Positions 49,605 to 64,000 of a stretch of DNA of 64,000 nt are shown in pieces. The notes beneath the pieces are model-generated. The model did no database searches. It saw only the letters and a program-made list of their open reading frames with translations, and was not told the origin of the DNA. The position numbers and the translations under genes were made by a program. The DNA comes from Macrostomum lignano (Eukaryota): assembly GCA_002269645.1 (NCBI GenBank), contig NIVC01001497.1:214766-278765 (forward strand). Direction: 5' to 3'. How positions within the stretch are numbered: the stretch's first letter is position 1; each line of letters starts with the position of its first letter.

Positions 49605-52600
49605 TTTCCTCCTTCCTTTAGAAAGCTCCTCCTTCCTTCAGGAAGCTCCTCCTTCCTTCAGGAAGCTCCTCCTTCCTTTAGAAAGCTCCTCCTTCCTTTA
49701 GAAAGCTCTCCTTCCTTCAGAAAGCTCCTCCTTCCTTCAGAAAGCATCTCCTTCCTTTAGAAAGCTCCTCCTTCCTTTAGAAAGCTCTCCTTCCTTCAGA
49801 AAGCTCCTCCTTCCTTCAGAAAGCATCTCCTTCTTTTAAAAAGCTCCTTCTTCCTTCAGTAAGCTCCTCCTTCATAAAGCTCCTCGTTTCCCTTCAGAAA
49901 GCTCCTCCTTCCTTTAGAAAGCTCCTCCTTCCTTCAGAAAGCTCCTCCTTCCTTCAGAAAGCTCCTCCTTCCTTCAAAAAGCATCTCCTTCTTTTAAAAA
50001 GCTCCTCCTTCCTTCAGTAAGCTCCTCCTTCATAAAACTCCTCGTTTCCCTTCAGAAAGCTCCTCCTTCCTTTAGAAAGCTCCTTCCTTTAGAAAGCTCC
50101 TTCCTTTAGAAAGCTCCTCCTTCCTTCAGAAAGCTCCTCCTTCCTTTAGAAAGCTCTCCTTCCTTCAGAAAGCTCCTCCTTCCTTCAGAAAGCATCTCCT
50201 TCTTTTAAAAAGCTCCTCCTTCCTTCAGTAAGCTCCTCCTTCATAAAGCTCCTCGTTTCCCTTCAGAAAGCTCCTCCTTCCTTTAGAAAGCTCTCCTTCC
50301 TTCAGAAAGCTCCTCCTTCCTTCAGAAAGCTCCTCCTTCCTTTAGAAAGCTCCTCCTTCCTTCAGAAAGCATCTCCTTCTTTTAGAAAGCTCCTCCTTCC
50401 TTTAGAAAGCTCTCCTTCCTTCAGAAAGCTCCTCCTTCTTTTAAAAAGCTCCTCCTTCCTTCAGTAAGCTCCTCCTTCATAAAACTCCTCGTTTCCCTTC
50501 AGAAAGCTCCTCCTTCCTTTAGAAAGCTCTCCTTCCTTCAGAAAGCTCCTCCTTCCTTCAGAAAGCTCCTCCTTCCTTTAGAAAGCTCCTCCTTCCTTCA
50601 GAAAGCATCTCCTTCCTTTAGAAAGCTCCTCCTTCCTTTAGAAAGCTCTCCTTCCTTCAGAAAGCTCCTCCTTCCTTTAGAAAGCTCTCCTTCCTTCAGA
50701 AAGCTCCTCCTTCCTTCAGAAAGCATCTCCTTCCTTTAGAAAGCTCCTCCTTCCTTTAGAAAGCTCTCCTTCCTTCAGAAAGCTCCTCCTTCCTTTAGAA
50801 AGCTCTCCTTCCTTTAGAAAGCTCTCCTTCCTTCAGAAAGCTTCTCCTTCCTTTAGAAAGCTCTCCTTCCTTCAGAAAGCTCCTCCTTCCTTTAGAAAGC
50901 TTCTCCTTCCTTTAGAAAGCTCTCCTTCCTTTAGAAAGCTCCTCCTTCCTTTAGAAAGCTCTCCTTCCTTTAGAAAGCTCCTCCTTCCTTTAGAAAGCTC
51001 CTCCTTCCTTTAGAAAGCTCTCCTTCCTTCAGAAAGCTCCTCCTTCCTTTAGAAAGCTCCTCCTTCCTTTAGAAAGCTCTCCTTCCTTTAGAAAGCTCCT
51101 CCTTCCTTTAGAAAGCTCCTCCTTCCTTCAGAAAGCTTCTCCTTCCTTTAGAAAGCTCTCCTTCCTTCAGAAAGCTCCTCCTTCCTTCAAAAAGCATCTC
51201 CTTCTTTTAAAAAGCTCCTTCTTCCTTCAGTAAGCTCCTCCTTCATAAAGCTCCTCGTTTCCCTTCAGAAAGCTCCTCCTTCCTTTAGAAAGCTCCTTCC
51301 TTTAGAAAGCTCCTTCCTTTAGAAAGCTCCTTCCTTTAGAAAGCTCCTTCCTTTAGAAAGCTCCTCCTTACTTCAGAAAGCTCCTCCTTCCTTTAGAAAG
51401 CTCTCCTTCCTTCAGAAAGCTCCTCCTTCCTTCAGAAAGCATCTCCTTCTTTTAAAAAGCTCCTTCTTCCTTCAGTAAGCTCCTCCTTCATAAAGCTCCT
51501 CGTTTCCCTTCAGAAAGCTCCTCCTTCCTTTAGAAAGCTCCTCCTTCCTTCAGAAAGCTCCTCCTTCCTTCAGAAAGCTCCTCCTTCCTTCAAAAAGCAT
51601 CTCCTTCTTTTAAAAAGCTCCTCCTTCCTTCAGTAAGCTCCTCCTTCATAAAACTCCTCGTTTCCCTTCAGAAAGCTCCTCCTTCCTTTAGAAAGCTCCT
51701 TCCTTTAGAAAGCTCCTTCCTTTAGAAAGCTCCTCCTTCCTTCAGAAAGCTCCTCCTTCCTTTAGAAAGCTCTCCTTCCTTCAGAAAGCTCCTCCTTCCT
51801 TCAGAAAGCATCTCCTTCTTTTAAAAAGCTCCTCCTTCCTTCAGTAAGCTCCTCCTTCATAAAGCTCCTCGTTTCCCTTCAGAAAGCTCCTCCTTCCTTT
51901 AGAAAGCTCTCCTTCCTTCAGAAAGCTCCTCCTTCCTTCAGAAAGCTCCTCCTTCCTTTAGAAAGCTCCTCCTTCCTTCAGAAAGCATCTCCTTCCTTTA
52001 GAAAGCTCCTCCTTCCTTTAGAAAGCTCTCCTTCCTTCAGAAAGCTCCTCCTTCTTTTAAAAAGCTCCTCCTTCCTTCAGTAAGCTCCTCCTTCATAAAA
52101 CTCCTCGTTTCCCTTCAGAAAGCTCCTCCTTCCTTTAGAAAGCTCTCCTTCCTTCAGAAAGCTCCTCCTTCCTTCAGAAAGCTCCTCCTTCCTTTAGAAA
52201 GCTCCTCCTTCCTTCAGAAAGCATCTCCTTCCTTTAGAAAGCTCCTCCTTCCTTTAGAAAGCTCTCCTTCCTTCAGAAAGCTCCTCCTTCCTTTAGAAAG
52301 CTCTCCTTCCTTCAGAAAGCTCCTCCTTCCTTCAGAAAGCATCTCCTTCCTTTAGAAAGCTCCTCCTTCCTTTAGAAAGCTCTCCTTCCTTCAGAAAGCT
52401 CCTCCTTCCTTTAGAAAGCTCTCCTTCCTTTAGAAAGCTCTCCTTCCTTCAGAAAGCTTCTCCTTCCTTTAGAAAGCTCTCCTTCCTTCAGAAAGCTCCT
52501 CCTTCCTTTAGAAAGCTTCTCCTTCCTTTAGAAAGCTCTCCTTCCTTTAGAAAGCTCCTCCTTCCTTTAGAAAGCTCTCCTTCCTTCAGAAAGCTCCTCC

Positions 52601-53310
52601 TTCCTTTAGAAAGCTCCTCCTTCCTTTAGAAAGCTCTCCTTCCTTTAGAAAGCTCCTCCTTCCTTTAGAAAGCTCCTCCTTCCTTCAGAAAGCTTCTCCT
52701 TCCTTTAGAAAGCTCTCCTTCCTTCAGAAAGCTCCTCCTTCCTTCAAAAAGCATCTCCTTCTTTTAAAAAGCTCCTTCTTCCTTCAGTAAGCTCCTCCTT
52801 CATAAAGCTCCTCGTTTCCCTTCAGAAAGCTCCTCCTTCCTTTAGAAAGCTCCTTCCTTTAGAAAGCTCCTTCCTTTAGAAAGCTCCTTCCTTTAGAAAG
52901 CTCCTCCTTACTTCAGAAAGCTCCTCCTTCCTTTAGAAAGCTCTCCTTCCTTCAGAAAGCTCCTCCTTCCTTCAGAAAGCATCTCCTTCTTTTAAAAAGC
53001 TCCTCCTTCCTTCAGTAAGCTCCTCCTTCATAAAGCTCCTCGTTTCCCTTCAGAAAGCTCCTCCTTCCTTTAGAAAGCTCCTTCCTTTAGAAAGCTCCTC
53101 CTTCCTTTAGAAAGCTCCTCCTTCCTTCAGGAAGCTCCTCCTTCCTTTAGAACGCTCCTCTTTCCTTCAGAAAGCTCCTCCTTCCTTCAGAAAGCTCCTC
53201 CTTCCTTCAGAAAGCATATCCTTCTTTTAGAAAGCATCTCCTTCTTTTAGAAAGCTCCTCCTTCCTTCAGAAAGCATCTCCTTCACTGCAGAAAACTCCT
53301 CGTTTCCATT
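49605..53310. repeat. 3.7 kb pyrimidine-rich ~20-bp satellite AGAAAGCTCCTCCTTCCTTY with kb-scale internal duplications
   Basis: Direct reading; marker variants (CAGTAAGC, CATAAA, CGTTTCCC) recur in the same order. Confidence 0.97.
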
Positions 53311-53329
53311 CAGGAAGCACTTCCTGCGC

Positions 53330-53430
53330 CCTGGAAGTGGCGTCCAATTGAAGCGCACCAGCGAACCCCTTGAACGCCCATCTTGCATTTAGTGGGCTGA
53401 GATTGGCTGGCGAGACGGGGCGGGGCTGAT
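53330..53430 (+). promoter_or_regulatory. Candidate core promoter of the GPCR gene
   Basis: GGAAGTG, CCAAT, ATTGG and GGGGCGGGG (GC box) clustered ~90-190 bp upstream of the ATG at 53520. Confidence 0.4.
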
Positions 53431-53519
53431 GGAGTAGCATCAATTCATATATTATACGAGCAAGATTAATAATACTCTCCGTGGAAATCCAATTGTTCGC
53501 TAAACTCGATCAAGTCGCA

Positions 53520-63771
<10,252 letters not shown>

Positions 63772-64000
63772 GAATTAATTAGCTCAGCTAAAGAGAATAA
63801 AGTGGTGAAACTGGACGGATGTAGAAATCCTGTAGAAGGGTGAGAAACTCTTTGTTACCTAGAATATCGCCTGAAGGCTGGTTTTGCCAGAAAAATGCGC
63901 TACGGAGATCGGAATTGTTTTCAGAAGCAAATTAAATAATTCTATCTTTCATCAATACAACTCTCTTTGTAGGATTGGGAAAATTGTATAAATCTTTATG

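Overview
Eukaryotic (metazoan) genomic DNA. GC-rich, CpG-rich exons, ~80-110 bp short introns and longer introns packed with minisatellites are consistent with a free-living flatworm such as Macrostomum (inference, not proven). Nine spliced or intronless genes were rebuilt by hand from GT-AG junctions with consistent phases: raw homolog (-), CFAP157 (-), a calmodulin-like EF-hand protein (+), ALG3 (-), MORN3 (-), CDC40/PRP17 (-), GRTP1/TBC1D6 (-), a BAP31-like protein (+) and a 14-exon GABA-B-type class C GPCR (+). About 35 distinct tandem arrays, tRNA-derived SINEs, several MITE/foldback elements and two mariner relics fill the rest. Most long ORFs in the supplied track are repeat artefacts. 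The most striking signal is a ~3.5 kb block (35.06-38.56 kb) of nested transposon relics with almost no CpG and a strong CpA/TpG->TpA mutation pattern, resembling fungal RIP, while a second mariner ~22 kb away keeps its CpGs. Other signals: splice acceptors just upstream of nearly every ATG (trans-splicing/operon candidate), and tandem arrays whose units contain RFX-, ETS- or AP-1-like sites next to genes.
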